Translations under genes and position numbers: made by a program | Notes under the pieces: model-generated | Database searches by the model: none | Told to the model about the DNA's origin: nothing | What the model saw: only the letters and a program-made list of their open reading frames with translations | NCBI GenBank assembly: GCA_021790335.1 | Contig: JAJYEE010000005.1 | Location: 29,414 to 93,413, forward strand | Reading direction: 5' to 3' | Length of the DNA stretch: 64,000 nt | Origin: Pseudomonadota bacterium | GTDB taxonomy: Bacteria > Pseudomonadota > Gammaproteobacteria > Acidiferrobacterales > UBA6901 | In this document: positions 34,075 to 45,088 of the stretch, piece after piece | Numbering within the stretch: position 1 is the stretch's first letter | Layout: each line of letters starts with the position of its first letter

Positions 34075-34467
34075 ATGCATGAACTGAGTCACGAACAGCG
34101 CGTGGATCTCGCGCGGGCGGTCATATCCATATTGGACCACTGGGGACTGTCGGCGGCGGATCAGGTGGCGATTCTTGCGCTCCCGCCGGGTACCCGCCCT
34201 GGAATGATAAGACAGTATCGCGAAAACAAGGCGCTTCCCGACGATGCCGAGGTCGCCGAGCGCATCGAGCATCTGGCCGGAATCGCGGACGCGCTTCGTA
34301 CCAGTCATCCGCTCAACGGTACAATGGATGCGATATGGATGCACACGGTCAATCGCCGATTCGATGATCGCACGCCGCTCGAGGTCATGATCAACGACGG
34401 GCTGAGCGGAGTCATTGCGGTGCGTGCACATCTGGACTGTACCTTCGACTGGAGCCGTCTGGCCTAA
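34075..34467 (+). CDS. Xre/MbcA/ParS-type antitoxin-like protein (DUF2384)
   Basis: ILDHWGL...ERIEHL.GI..AL...WMHTVNRRFDDRTPLEVM..GL. Confidence 0.7.
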   Translation: MHELSHEQRVDLARAVISILDHWGLSAADQVAILALPPGTRPGMIRQYRENKALPDDAEVAERIEHLAGIADALRTSHPLNGTMDAIWMHTVNRRFDDRTPLEVMINDGLSGVIAVRAHLDCTFDWSRLA

Positions 34468-34563
34468 ATCCCTTTTTTTTAAGACTGATTGCTCCGGTGC
34501 TGCCGGTTCTCCCGGACTGCCGCCCGCAGCGCAGGCACTGGCCCTGCCGCGACCCTGCCCGGT

Positions 34564-37500
34564 TCAGAGCAGAACCTGCTCCAGTCCGCCACGGCGGACG
34601 CGTTCGACGAAATGCCGCTGCCAGTCTGCACCCAATCGCTGATTGGCCAGTTCGACGACGATGTAATCCGTGTCGAGTCCGGTTTCGTCGCGGTATCGGG
34701 ACAGACCCTGTACGCAGGCGGGGCACGAGGTGAGTATTTTCATCCCAGTGCCGGATGTCTGGCTTTGCCCCGCGATCTGCTGACTTGTGCGACGAAGCTC
34801 CTCCAGCTTTCGAAATCTGACCTGGTTTGCGATGTCGGGACGTGCGATGGCAAAGGTTCCGGCTTCCCCGCAGCAGCGGTCGGACAGAGCCACCTCCTGT
34901 CCCATCAGCTTTGAGGCGACGCTCACGGGATTGTAGGTCTTCATGGGTGTATGACATGGATCGTGGTACAGGTAGCGCACGCCCTTGACCCCGGTCAGGT
35001 GCACGCCCTTCTCCATGAGGTACTCGTGGATATCCAGAAGGCGGCATCCGGGAAAAATCGCGTCGAATTCGTATTTGAGCAGCTGATCCATGCAAGTGCC
35101 GCAGGAAACGATCACGGTCTTGATGTCGAGATAGTTCAGCGTGTTTGCGACGCGGTGGAAGAGGACGCGATTGTCGGTGGTTATCTTCGAGCCCCTGCGC
35201 TCGTCGCCGGCAGACAGTTGCGGGTAGCCGCAGCACAGATAGCCGGGAGGCAGGACCGTCTGCGCACCAACCTCGTAGAGCATCGCCAGCGTCGCGAGCC
35301 CCACCTGACTGAACAGTCGCTCTGATCCGCATCCGGGGAAATAGAACACCGCGTCCGAGTCTTCGCTGATGCGGGCCGGATCCCGCAGTATCGGAATCGT
35401 CTTGCTGTCTTCGATGCCAAGCAGCGCGCGCGTGGTCATGGACGGCAGGCCGCCAGGCATCGGTCTGCGCACGAAGTTGATGATCTGCGCGGAAATCCGG
35501 GTGTGCCCCGTGGTTGCCTCAGGCGGCCTGCTGTTGTGCAGCAGGCCGACATGCCGGGCAAGACGATAGGCAATGCGTTGCGCGCCGTAACCCCACTCGA
35601 TGAGCGACTTGCGCAGCAGCCTGATTTTTGTCGGGTCGGTGGCGTTGAGATAGGCCATGGACAGCCAGGTCGCGGGATTCGGACTGCGCTTGCCCCGATC
35701 CTTGAGGATCCGGCGCATGCGGATCGTCACGTCCCCGAAATCGATGTCGACCGGACAGGGGTTGAGGCACTTGTGGCAGATCGTGCAGTGGTCGGCGACA
35801 TCATTCATCGCCTCGAAATGGCGCAGCGAGATGCCGCGGCGTGTCTGCTCCTCGTAGAGAAAGGCCTCGATGATGAGACCCGTGGCGAGGATCTTGTTGC
35901 GCGGGGAGTACAGCAGGTTTGCTCTGGGTATGTGGGTGCTGCACGTCGGCTTGCATTTTCCGCAGCGAAGGCAGTGGCGAATGTCGTCATTAAGAGCGCC
36001 GAGCTCGCTTTCCTCCAGTATGATCGCCTCCTGCTGCAGCAGGCGCAGGGACGGCGTGTAGGCGCGTTCCAGACCCGATTCCGGCAGCAGCTTTCCGCGA
36101 TTGAAGTTTCCGTTCGGGTCGACCTTGCGCTTGTATTGCGCGAACGCCTCAACGGATGCCTTGTCGAGATACTGGATCTTGGTGATGCCTATGCCATGTT
36201 CTCCGGATATGACTCCGCCTAGCGACAGCGCCAGGGCCATGACACGCGCAACGATCCGATCCGCCTCCTGCAGCATTCCGTAGTCGTTGGAATGGACCGG
36301 GATGTTGGTGTGAACGTTGCCGTCGCCCGCGTGCATATGGGTCGCCACGAAAAGCCGGGCGTTGCGCACCCGCGAGTGGATGGCGTCGAGTTGGCGGTGT
36401 ACGGGGGAGAATTCAAGCCCTCCGAAAATCTGTTTCAAGGGTCGCTCGACATCTGCGCGATACGAAATCCGCAGGTCACGCCTCAGCAGCTGCTGGATCA
36501 GCGTCTCGCCCGGCTGTGCCGGCGCCTGCGGCTCCGCGTCGAAAAGATTTTCGGCAGCGTCGACAGTCCGGTCGAGCCCGCTCAGGATGGATGACCAGCG
36601 CGCATGCACCCGATCGAGCAGTTCCAGGGCGGCTGTCTTCTTGTCGCCGAGAATGGCCATCGCCTCGTGGCTTGTCTCGTAGTCGGCTGCTGGCGGTGGA
36701 ACGTCGGAAAGATCCTGAAGGTATTCACGGACCGCCTCGATAATGCGTAGCTTGTTGGAAATAGACTGCTCTATGTTGATGCGTTCGATGCCCGCGGAGT
36801 ATTCCGCGAGTTTGTCCAGGGGTATCACTACGTCTTCATTGATCTTGAAGGCGTTGGTGTGCTTGGCGATGGCCGCCGTGCGCGAGCGGTCGAGCCAGAA
36901 CCGGCGCCTGGCCTCCGGGCTTACCGCGATGAACCCCTCCGCCCCGCGCGCATTGGCCATGCGTACTACCGCAGATGCGGCGGTGGCTACCGCCGCCTCG
37001 TCGTCGCCCGCGATATCGACGAGCAGTACCATCTTGGGGCGATCCCGCCGTGCGGCTTTGGTTGCGTAACCGACTGCTTTCAGGTATCGCTCATCCAGGT
37101 GTTCAAGGCCCGACAAGGAGACCCCCGGGCACCCGTCGAGGTAATTCTTGGTTTCGACAATGGCGGGAACCGCCTTGCCGAGATCGTGACCGAAGAACTC
37201 GAGACACAGGGTACGCAAATAGGCCGGCATGCGGTGCAGGATGAACACCGCGGAAGTGATCAGGCCATCACACCCTTCCTTCTGAACACCCGGCAGACCG
37301 GCCAGAAACTTGTCGGTCACGTCCTTGCCCAGCCCGATCTTGCGGAAAGCCTTTCCCGGGACGGACAGCACGCGTGGCTCGCCCAGCGGGGTGCGGCCGT
37401 CGATCTTGTAGCGCGTAATGCGGAACAGGACCTCCTCCTGCTCGTGAATTTTTCCCAGATTGTGATTCAGCCGCGTCACCTCCAGCCAGCGCGCATCCGG

Positions 37501-38400
37501 AGTCACCATGCGCCACGATGCAAGATTGTCGAGCGTCGTGCCCCAGAGCACCGCTTTTTTGCCTCCGGCATTCATCGCGATGTTGCCGCCGATCGTGGAG
37601 GCATCCTGAGACGTAGGATCGACAGCAAAGCTGTAGCCGCTTGCTTCCGCGAGCTTTGCTACGCTCAGGGTGATCGCTCCGGCCTGGGCCCGCACCACCG
37701 GCACGGGCGACGCGACTCCCTCCAGCTGCCGGACTTCCACAGGCCCGAGCTGGTCGAGCTTTTCGGTGTTGATCACCACCGATTCGGCGTGCAGCGGGAC
37801 CGCACCGCCCGTATACCCGGTACCTCCGCCGCGCGGAATGATGGTTAGCCCGAGATCTATGCAGGCCCTAACGATGTGGGCCGTCTCTTCCTCGCTGTCC
37901 GGATACACGACCGCCAGCGGATATTCGACGCGCCAGTCGGTAGCGTCGGTAACATGAGAGACGCGTGCGAGTCCGCTGAAATCCACATTGTCGCGGCGCG
38001 TCAATCGTCCGAGGTGTTTGCGCAGACGCCGACGCCACTCACGTTGGCGAGGGAACCAATTCTCGAACTCGCACACCGATTCGCGCGCGCGCTCCACCAG
38101 CGCCAGCGTGAGCGGGTTGCCTTCGGCGCGTTCGCTGATCTGGTCCAGGCGATGGTGCAGGGCGTGGACCAGCGACCCGCGCCGTTTCCGGTTCTCCAGG
38201 AGGTCGTCCTGGATGTAGGGGTTGCGGTGGATTACCCACATGTCTCCCAGGACCTCGAACAGCATGCGTGCCGAACGCCCGGTGCGGCGGGTGCCGCGCA
38301 GTTCGTTGAGGGTTTCCCACATCGCATCGCCAAGATAGCGGATGACGATTTCCCGGTCGGAGAAGGACGTGTAGTTGTAAGGAATTTCGCGGATTCGCAT
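34564..38400 (-). CDS. DUF3683 FAD-linked oxidase / 4Fe-4S / CCG-domain oxidoreductase (GlcD-GlcF-like fusion)
   Basis: [45 protein letters not shown]...C, CTICHKC...CP, CCG motifs; start 38400 or 38451. Confidence 0.9.
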   Translation of the reverse strand: MRIREIPYNYTSFSDREIVIRYLGDAMWETLNELRGTRRTGRSARMLFEVLGDMWVIHRNPYIQDDLLENRKRRGSLVHALHHRLDQISERAEGNPLTLALVERARESVCEFENWFPRQREWRRRLRKHLGRLTRRDNVDFSGLARVSHVTDATDWRVEYPLAVVYPDSEEETAHIVRACIDLGLTIIPRGGGTGYTGGAVPLHAESVVINTEKLDQLGPVEVRQLEGVASPVPVVRAQAGAITLSVAKLAEASGYSFAVDPTSQDASTIGGNIAMNAGGKKAVLWGTTLDNLASWRMVTPDARWLEVTRLNHNLGKIHEQEEVLFRITRYKIDGRTPLGEPRVLSVPGKAFRKIGLGKDVTDKFLAGLPGVQKEGCDGLITSAVFILHRMPAYLRTLCLEFFGHDLGKAVPAIVETKNYLDGCPGVSLSGLEHLDERYLKAVGYATKAARRDRPKMVLLVDIAGDDEAAVATAASAVVRMANARGAEGFIAVSPEARRRFWLDRSRTAAIAKHTNAFKINEDVVIPLDKLAEYSAGIERINIEQSISNKLRIIEAVREYLQDLSDVPPPAADYETSHEAMAILGDKKTAALELLDRVHARWSSILSGLDRTVDAAENLFDAEPQAPAQPGETLIQQLLRRDLRISYRADVERPLKQIFGGLEFSPVHRQLDAIHSRVRNARLFVATHMHAGDGNVHTNIPVHSNDYGMLQEADRIVARVMALALSLGGVISGEHGIGITKIQYLDKASVEAFAQYKRKVDPNGNFNRGKLLPESGLERAYTPSLRLLQQEAIILEESELGALNDDIRHCLRCGKCKPTCSTHIPRANLLYSPRNKILATGLIIEAFLYEEQTRRGISLRHFEAMNDVADHCTICHKCLNPCPVDIDFGDVTIRMRRILKDRGKRSPNPATWLSMAYLNATDPTKIRLLRKSLIEWGYGAQRIAYRLARHVGLLHNSRPPEATTGHTRISAQIINFVRRPMPGGLPSMTTRALLGIEDSKTIPILRDPARISEDSDAVFYFPGCGSERLFSQVGLATLAMLYEVGAQTVLPPGYLCCGYPQLSAGDERRGSKITTDNRVLFHRVANTLNYLDIKTVIVSCGTCMDQLLKYEFDAIFPGCRLLDIHEYLMEKGVHLTGVKGVRYLYHDPCHTPMKTYNPVSVASKLMGQEVALSDRCCGEAGTFAIARPDIANQVRFRKLEELRRTSQQIAGQSQTSGTGMKILTSCPACVQGLSRYRDETGLDTDYIVVELANQRLGADWQRHFVERVRRGGLEQVLL

Positions 38401-38776
38401 AAAGCTGAGGCTCGTGGGACCGTGCCGATTTCCTTGGGGCACGTTACGCATATTAGCATGTACTTCTGGTTTTCCCGATTGGCCGCAGACATGCCGGGCA
38501 GGCCGGGGCTCCGGACGGCGGGTTTCGCCGTCCGGCCAGTCTGTGTGGCGGGATTCCGGTATCGGCTGCTTCTGGGCCGATGGATCGAGCCAGGCTCGTG
38601 CGTCACCCGCCGCACGAGCGGAATATTGCCCCACGGAGCGGTGATCGGCGCATTTTTAGCATGTGGGGCAGCGGACCGGAGTTCATGGCTCCGGCGGATT
38701 TTGACGTGGGTCAATGCGTCCGTGCAGGACGGATGACTATGCTCTTCCATGACGGTGGATACAGGGAGAGTGTGCC

Positions 38777-39166
38777 ATGGAGCATCGTTGGAACGCGCGT
38801 CGACCGCTGACGGTAAAGGCCATACTCCACAGCCCTGTGCTCGGGCCCGAACGAGTAAAAATACGGGACATCGGGGCAGGCGGAGTGCGCGTCGAGGTTC
38901 AGGACGATGTACCCGCCACAAATCTGCATGTCGAGCTGGTTGTCGTAGGAAACGAGCACGGCATTCTGCGTATTTACCGGGTTCCCGCACTCATCGTGTG
39001 GACATCCAGGAATATGGTCGGCCTCATGTTCTACGAGATGAACCCCCGCGCCGTCGTGGCGGCACTGAATGCGTTTTCGGCTGGCGAGGTAGAAGGAGAC
39101 TTCGAGTCTGGGCCGAGTTTTGCCGGCGGGCCGAGTAATACGTCGGGCAAGCTGACCAGACCATAA
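38777..39166 (+). CDS. PilZ domain protein
   Basis: EHRWNARR (RxxxR), DIGAGG (variant D/NxSxxG), GLMF. Confidence 0.75.
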   Translation: MEHRWNARRPLTVKAILHSPVLGPERVKIRDIGAGGVRVEVQDDVPATNLHVELVVVGNEHGILRIYRVPALIVWTSRNMVGLMFYEMNPRAVVAALNAFSAGEVEGDFESGPSFAGGPSNTSGKLTRP

Positions 39167-39182
39167 AAGGGAGGGCATCCCC

Positions 39183-39647
39183 ATGACTGTTGCCAGAACG
39201 ATCACCGATTTTCTCCAGCGGCAGCGTGCGCACTATGCCGTGGTTCCTCACCCGCACACCGAGACGAGCCGCGCGACAGCCAATACCGTCCGGGTAGCAG
39301 CGGACCAGCTGGCAAAGGCCGTGGTTCTGATCGACGAGCGCGGCTACCTCATGGCTGTCGTTCCCAGCAGCCGTCACGTGAGCACCAATCGGCTATCGGA
39401 ACTGCTCGGCCGCCGCCTTGAGTTGGCGACCGAGAACCGTATTGCACCGGTCTTCCGGGACTGCGATCCGGGGGCGATCCCGCCGCTGGGACCCGCCTAC
39501 GGCATGGACACGATCGTCGATGACAGCTTGGTTGGCCAACCGGTGATCTATTTCGAGGCCGGCGACCACGAGCAGGTAATCCAGGTGGACGGCGAGGTAT
39601 TCCTTTCGCTGCTGAAAGAGGCACGACACGGCCAGTTTACGCACTAG
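39183..39647 (+). CDS. YbaK/EbsC family aminoacyl-tRNA deacylase-like protein
   Basis: LAKAVVL, FRDCDPGAIPPLG, YFEAGDH. Confidence 0.9.
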   Translation: MTVARTITDFLQRQRAHYAVVPHPHTETSRATANTVRVAADQLAKAVVLIDERGYLMAVVPSSRHVSTNRLSELLGRRLELATENRIAPVFRDCDPGAIPPLGPAYGMDTIVDDSLVGQPVIYFEAGDHEQVIQVDGEVFLSLLKEARHGQFTH

Positions 39648-39792
39648 GCGCGAAAATTCGTGGCCGGGTTGCCGCGGGAAGCGGCGGTGTGCGCTGCAGA
39701 ATGATCGGCCACCGGCTCCGGCCCGCGCATCTTTGCACCGCTGCGGTGAAGGATGCGGCGGGGTTCTCGGCCGGCTGAGGGGCGGTGATTAG

Positions 39793-40779
39793 ATGGATGT
39801 CGCAGACATCAGTCTGTTCGCGCTCAATTGGGGCTCGGATCTTGCGTCGCGCGTTGCCGCAGCCCTGGATCTGCCTCTGGGCCGGCACGAGGAACGGGAG
39901 TTCGAGGACGGTGAGCACAAGATACGTCCACTCGAGAGCGTTCGGGGTCGTGACGTCTTTGTTGTCCAGTCCCTGCATGACGAGCCGGCCGGCAGCGTCA
40001 ATGACAAACTGTGCCGCCTGCTCTTCTTCATCGCTGCCCTCAAGGACGCGGCTGCCGCGCGAGTCACTGCGGTCGTGCCGTATCTTTCCTATGCGCGCAA
40101 AGATCGCAAGACCCAGCCGCGGGATCCGGTGACTACGCGCTATGTTGCGAAGCTGTTCGAGAGTGTCGGCACGGACCGGGTAATGACGGTCGACGTCCAC
40201 AACCTTGCCGCATTCCAGAATGCATTCCGGTGTCAGACCGAGCATCTGGAGGCACGCATGCTGTTCGTCAGACACTTTGCGCAGCGCATGCGGGGAGACA
40301 GCGTGGCGGTCGTGTCGCCTGATGTCGGTGGCGTCAAGCGTGCGGAGCTGTTCCGCCGGGCGCTGGCGGGCGCGCTCGGGCGCGAGGTCGATATGGCCTT
40401 TATCGAAAAAGAACGCGCGCTCGGGAAGGTCACCACGGGAGCGCTGGTCGGAGAGGTGCGCGGACGTATCGCCATCATCGTGGATGATCTCATCAGTTCC
40501 GGCACAACCATTGCGCGTGCTGCCAGTGTCTGCCGCACGGCCGGTGCAGTGTCGGTTTTCGCGGCGGCAACACATGGGTTGTTCGTGGCCGACGCCGAAG
40601 CGGTCATTGCCGAGGCGCCCATCGAACGCGTGCTCGTGACCGATACGGTTCCTGCATTCCGCATCGCAGGTCAGGCGGCGCGCGCAAAACTCGAAATCCT
40701 GGATATTGCCGGATTCCTGGCGGAGGCGATACGTCGGCTGAATGCAAACGGATCCCTTGTAGAGCTCAACCGGGCATGA
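39793..40779 (+). CDS. prs: ribose-phosphate pyrophosphokinase (atypical paralog)
   Basis: FEDGE, PYLSYARKDRK, DVH, SPDVGGVKRA, IVDDLISSGTT. Confidence 0.9.
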   Translation: MDVADISLFALNWGSDLASRVAAALDLPLGRHEEREFEDGEHKIRPLESVRGRDVFVVQSLHDEPAGSVNDKLCRLLFFIAALKDAAAARVTAVVPYLSYARKDRKTQPRDPVTTRYVAKLFESVGTDRVMTVDVHNLAAFQNAFRCQTEHLEARMLFVRHFAQRMRGDSVAVVSPDVGGVKRAELFRRALAGALGREVDMAFIEKERALGKVTTGALVGEVRGRIAIIVDDLISSGTTIARAASVCRTAGAVSVFAAATHGLFVADAEAVIAEAPIERVLVTDTVPAFRIAGQAARAKLEILDIAGFLAEAIRRLNANGSLVELNRA

Positions 40780-40793
40780 GCTGGTCCTGCAGC

Positions 40794-41843
40794 TCAGCCG
40801 AGGCCCAGATCCCGCACATACCGTTCGGCGCGATCGAGATAGTCGCACGCCGCCGCCGACCATTTTTTCGTGTTCCGGACCTCGGGGTCCAGGACGTGCC
40901 AGACCGCAATCTTGCAGCGGAAGCAGGCCCAGCAGCTCTTGTAGAAACTCAGAAGCGCCGGCGCAGGGGTGTCGGAGCTGATGCGTGCGTGACTTTCGAG
41001 GAACAGCCGCCCGACCGGCGCGGCGCCGAGCCGCTCGCACTCCACGGCGAGCAGGGAAAGTTCATCGGCGGGGTCAAGGATGCGGAAGTCGCGATTGAAT
41101 TCCAGACGGTCGATGATCACCGGCTCCGGAACCAAACAGATGTGCTCCGGCCTCAGGTCACCGTGAGCCTCGATGATCTTGTTGTGTTCCGCGCGCTCGT
41201 CGACAAGCGTCTGGTGAAGGTCGAGGAACCGGAGTTGGGCGGCGGCGACATGCCTCAACTGCGCTTCGGGCAGCGCGTATTCCGGGCGCGAGAGCTCTCG
41301 GCAGGTATCCTCGACCCGGTCGCGCAGGCGGCGGCGATAGGTCGCGCAGTCCATCGCAATCGGGCGGGCCTGCCGGTAGAAGCAGGCCAGGCGCTCGGCC
41401 GCCAGGCGCGTTTCGGACTCGGGGATTGAGCCATTCAGTATTGCCTGATCAAGGAATCGCTCCGCCGGCAGGCGCCGCATCTTTACCAGCCAGTCGGCCA
41501 CCGGACCGGTTCCGCCAAGCTGAAGCTCACCGGACAGGCTGGCAATGAGCGGGATCATCCCCAGGTAAATACCCGGAGCCAGCGGGCGATTGAGCATGAT
41601 TTCTGCTTCGCAGTCGCGGCGTCGAAGTTCGATGGAGCTGAAGTCCAGAAAGTCCCGGCGGACCGGCTTCTTGAGCTTGTATGCATGCGTATCGGTGAGA
41701 AATACCCAGGACATGTGGGTTTCGAGCGCGTAAACTTGTACGGGATGTTCCGGATAGGCGTGCGGACGGGAAAGGAACGCAACCTTGGCGGCCGTCGGTA
41801 TCTCCGGTTCACCGCGATTCCTGGAATTCGGTGCCATGGTCAT
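40794..41843 (-). CDS. COG2187-type aminoglycoside-phosphotransferase-like kinase, no P-loop tail
   Basis: ETHMSWVFL, AYKLKKPV..DFLDFS, HGDLRPEHI, IDRLEFN. Confidence 0.8.
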   Translation of the reverse strand: MTMAPNSRNRGEPEIPTAAKVAFLSRPHAYPEHPVQVYALETHMSWVFLTDTHAYKLKKPVRRDFLDFSSIELRRRDCEAEIMLNRPLAPGIYLGMIPLIASLSGELQLGGTGPVADWLVKMRRLPAERFLDQAILNGSIPESETRLAAERLACFYRQARPIAMDCATYRRRLRDRVEDTCRELSRPEYALPEAQLRHVAAAQLRFLDLHQTLVDERAEHNKIIEAHGDLRPEHICLVPEPVIIDRLEFNRDFRILDPADELSLLAVECERLGAAPVGRLFLESHARISSDTPAPALLSFYKSCWACFRCKIAVWHVLDPEVRNTKKWSAAACDYLDRAERYVRDLGLG

Positions 41844-42015
41844 GAGCCAGTTCTGCAGCAAACCCGCCGGCTAACACTATCGCAAAAGGCGCACGCGGCA
41901 AAATATCGCTCTGATCCGGCGGTGCCGTGAGCCCGAGGCACTAGTCAGTACGCCGGTGAGGAGCCAGTATCCAGGCAGCCGTGCGAACGCTGCCAGAAGA
42001 GGATTCGACACGCGG

Positions 42016-42762
42016 ATGCAGCTTCGGATCGTATCGTACAACATTCATCGTGCGATCGGCATTGATCGCCGTTTCCGTCTCGACCGGATCGTGACGATCC
42101 TGGGGCATGTGCGACCGGACGTGGCGCTGCTGCAGGAAGTTGACTCCGGAGCGCCGCGCTCCGGAAATCTCGATCTCGCGCGCGAACTGGCGGACCTGCT
42201 CGGATACCCTTACTATGCGGTCGGTCATAACGTCGACCTGCGCAAAGGGTGTTACGGTAACGCGACGCTCAGCCGTTTCCCGATTCTGCGCGAACGCAAT
42301 ATCGATCTCACGATCGATTCGCACAAGCGCCGCGGCTGCCAGCACACCCGCATCCAGGCGCAGAAGCAGTCCGGTCACGCGCATATCATCGAGGTATTCA
42401 ATCTCCATCTGGGTCTATCGGCGCGCGAGCGGCGGCTCCAGATTGCGCTTCTGCGGCGCTCCAGAGAGTTCTCGGACCTGGACCAGGCCCATGCCTGTCT
42501 TGTTGGCGGAGACTTCAATGACTGGCGCAGCCAGTTGCCGCCGATATTCACCGAAGAACTGGGATTCCAGTGTGCGACGTCGTGCGGTGGCGGGCGGCAT
42601 TATCCGATGCGCACGTTCCCGGCGTTTTCTCCGACCGGGGGCCTGGACAAGATCTTCTTCCGCGGCCAGTTCCGGCTGCTCGATGCGCGTACCTGCCATT
42701 TGCGTGTCTCGCGTGTGGCAAGCGACCATCTGCCAGTGATTGCGGATTTTGAGTTGCAGTGA
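42016..42762 (+). CDS. endonuclease/exonuclease/phosphatase family protein (YbhP-like)
   Basis: SYNIH, LQEV, YGNA.LSR, HLGL, GDFNDW, SDHLP; overlaps the clsB start (GTGA). Confidence 0.9.
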   Translation: MQLRIVSYNIHRAIGIDRRFRLDRIVTILGHVRPDVALLQEVDSGAPRSGNLDLARELADLLGYPYYAVGHNVDLRKGCYGNATLSRFPILRERNIDLTIDSHKRRGCQHTRIQAQKQSGHAHIIEVFNLHLGLSARERRLQIALLRRSREFSDLDQAHACLVGGDFNDWRSQLPPIFTEELGFQCATSCGGGRHYPMRTFPAFSPTGGLDKIFFRGQFRLLDARTCHLRVSRVASDHLPVIADFELQ

Positions 42763-43949
42763 ATGTGCCTGTAGCCAAGGTGCCGGCTGCGGGCCGGGAG
42801 CGGCGACCTTCAATCTCGAAATACCGGTTTCCATGGCGCGGCGGCAATCGCTTCCAGCTGCTGGTCGACGGAAACCAGTTTTTCCCCCACATGCTCCAGG
42901 CCATCAACGACGCGGCCCATCACGTGCATCTGGAAATCTACCTTTTCGAGACCGGGACTGTTGCCGGCCGCTTCATCGACGCGCTGGTGGCGGCAGCGGC
43001 ACGCGGTGTGGACGTGCGCGTCATATTGGACGATTTCGGTGCGCGCGGCCTCGGCCGCGGTGACCGCGAGCGCCTGCGCGGCGGCGGCGTGAAGCTTGCC
43101 TTCTACAATCCGTTGCGTATCGGGAAATGGCTGAAGAATCTTGCCCGGGACCACCGCAAGCTCCTGGTCACGGACGGAACGACGGCGTTTGTCGGAGGAA
43201 CCGGCATCACCGATGAATTCGACCCGGCGGATTCTCCGGAATCGCGTTGGCGCGAAACCGTAGTGAAGGTGGCAGGACCTGTGATTTTCGACTGGCAGCT
43301 GCTGTTCATCGAAAGCTGGAAGCGCCATACCGGCGAGATGCTGCGACTGCCGGCCAAGCCGGCAGTCGCAGCGGGCGAGCGCATGCTGGGGCGTGTCACA
43401 TTGATGCGCGGAAGATCGCAGCAGGGAATAAAGCGCGATCTGATTGCGCATGTGCATTCCGCAGAGCGGCGGGTGTGGTTTTCCACTGCCTATTTTGTGC
43501 CGCCGCGCCGTATCCGGCGTGCGCTGCGGAGGGCTGCACGTCGCGGTGTCGATGTGCGGTTGCTGCTGGCGGGTCCGCGAACCGACCACCCCGCTGTGCG
43601 TCTGGCGGGACGGAGATTCTACGCTTCGATGCTCCGAAGCGGAGTGCGCATTTTCGAATTTCAGCCACGCGTTCTGCACAGCAAAGTGAGCCTGTGCGAT
43701 TCCTGGGTGTCGATAGGGTCGAGCAATCTCGATAACTGGAATCTGCGCTGGAACCTGGATGCTAACCAGGCAATCGAAGACCAGGAATTCGCCGAGCAGG
43801 TTCGCGCAATGTTCGATGCCGATTTCGCCCAGACCATCGAGTACACCTACCGGGACTGGACGCGCCGGTCGTGGCGCCTGCGCGTCAGCGAGTGGCTGTG
43901 GGGGCTGGTTGACCGGTTCCTCAACAGCATCGGTGACGGACGGCGCTGA
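42759..43949 (+). CDS. clsB: cardiolipin synthase B-like phospholipase D
   Basis: Two HKD motifs, HRKLLVTD and HSKVSLCD; GSSNLD; ybhP-clsB synteny. Confidence 0.85.
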   Translation: MNVPVAKVPAAGRERRPSISKYRFPWRGGNRFQLLVDGNQFFPHMLQAINDAAHHVHLEIYLFETGTVAGRFIDALVAAAARGVDVRVILDDFGARGLGRGDRERLRGGGVKLAFYNPLRIGKWLKNLARDHRKLLVTDGTTAFVGGTGITDEFDPADSPESRWRETVVKVAGPVIFDWQLLFIESWKRHTGEMLRLPAKPAVAAGERMLGRVTLMRGRSQQGIKRDLIAHVHSAERRVWFSTAYFVPPRRIRRALRRAARRGVDVRLLLAGPRTDHPAVRLAGRRFYASMLRSGVRIFEFQPRVLHSKVSLCDSWVSIGSSNLDNWNLRWNLDANQAIEDQEFAEQVRAMFDADFAQTIEYTYRDWTRRSWRLRVSEWLWGLVDRFLNSIGDGRR

Positions 43950-43965
43950 CCGCGCGCAAAGGCGT

Positions 43966-44991
43966 TCAGGCGGGTTCCGGAGCATTTCCGGAAAAGGCCT
44001 CCTCTACCTCTCGGTAGATGTCTGCCTCGTCTCCGGCATAGCGTGCAGAAAAGTGCATGGGCACGAGGCGCCTGGCGCCGCAGGCGCGCCCGAGCGCGCC
44101 GGCCTGACGCGCCGTAAGGTGGTATTTCCGGGCGGCATGGTCGGCGTCCCGGTGCAAGAAGACCGCCTCGATGAACAGGCAGTCAGCATTGTGCGCGAGC
44201 TCGCGGACGCGCTGCGCATTCTCCGCGTGGTAGACGATATCGACAATATAGGCGATCTTCTGGCCAGCGGCGAAGCGCAGCACATTGCGGCGCAGGTCGC
44301 CGAGCGGAATCATGCGTTCATGATGGCTGTCGCGGTCGGTCCAGTGGACACGGACTTTCGTGTTATCGGGGTCTCCGTGGCGCACCGCCGCTTTCAGTTC
44401 ATTCAGCCACGGACCTGTGGGAAGCCCAAGTTCGGTCAACCGGTTCTTCCAGACGTTGATGTGCTGTTTTTCCTCGAGCGCGAAGCCCAGGCATGCGGTA
44501 CGGTGATCAAGCAGCGTGGCGAGCACGCGAAAATTCTCCTCGTCCAGCAGCACGCCGTCGGCGGCAGGGCGGGACGGCAGGTCCTCGCGTTTGAAACCTG
44601 ATCGGCAGCGGAAGCGGGCCATGCGCAGCTCTCCAGACGGCCGCCATTCGTTTGCCTCGAGCGTAAAGTCGGTCGCGTAGTCTTGCACGAGATTCCAAGT
44701 ATAGGCCGCGAGCTTGTGTTCGACGCGGTCGATGAATTCCTGGGGGCCGAACAGGGCGAGAGTGCGGGCACGGCCCAGGCAGATGCGCACGATCCGATCG
44801 AGCCCCATGAAGTGGTCCATATGGGCGTGCGACACGAAAATGTGTGTCAGGCGAAGTATCTTGCGCGCCGACAGCGACTGGATATCCCCCAGATCGAAGA
44901 GCAGCGCCCGTCTGGCAAACCGGAAGTCCACGTAAACCGAGGGATCACCGAACGGACCGTTGACGAGGAGAGGCTGTAGAGTCGACGCCAT
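43966..44991 (-). CDS. metallo-beta-lactamase fold protein (RNase Z-like)
   Basis: LVNGPFGDP, SHAHMDH, LDH, HLTARQAG, MHFSARY. Confidence 0.85.
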   Translation of the reverse strand: MASTLQPLLVNGPFGDPSVYVDFRFARRALLFDLGDIQSLSARKILRLTHIFVSHAHMDHFMGLDRIVRICLGRARTLALFGPQEFIDRVEHKLAAYTWNLVQDYATDFTLEANEWRPSGELRMARFRCRSGFKREDLPSRPAADGVLLDEENFRVLATLLDHRTACLGFALEEKQHINVWKNRLTELGLPTGPWLNELKAAVRHGDPDNTKVRVHWTDRDSHHERMIPLGDLRRNVLRFAAGQKIAYIVDIVYHAENAQRVRELAHNADCLFIEAVFLHRDADHAARKYHLTARQAGALGRACGARRLVPMHFSARYAGDEADIYREVEEAFSGNAPEPA

Positions 44992-45088
44992 GGCGAACCC
45001 GCCGCTGTGGTCATTATCGGGGTGGGTGTTCCATATTAACATGCCCTGCGGCCGTCGCCCGATGCGGGTGAACCCCCGGTCAACGGTG

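Noticed and set aside
34471-34480. Intrinsic terminator at the T8 tract after the DUF2384 gene
   Set aside because: No convincing GC hairpin immediately upstream.
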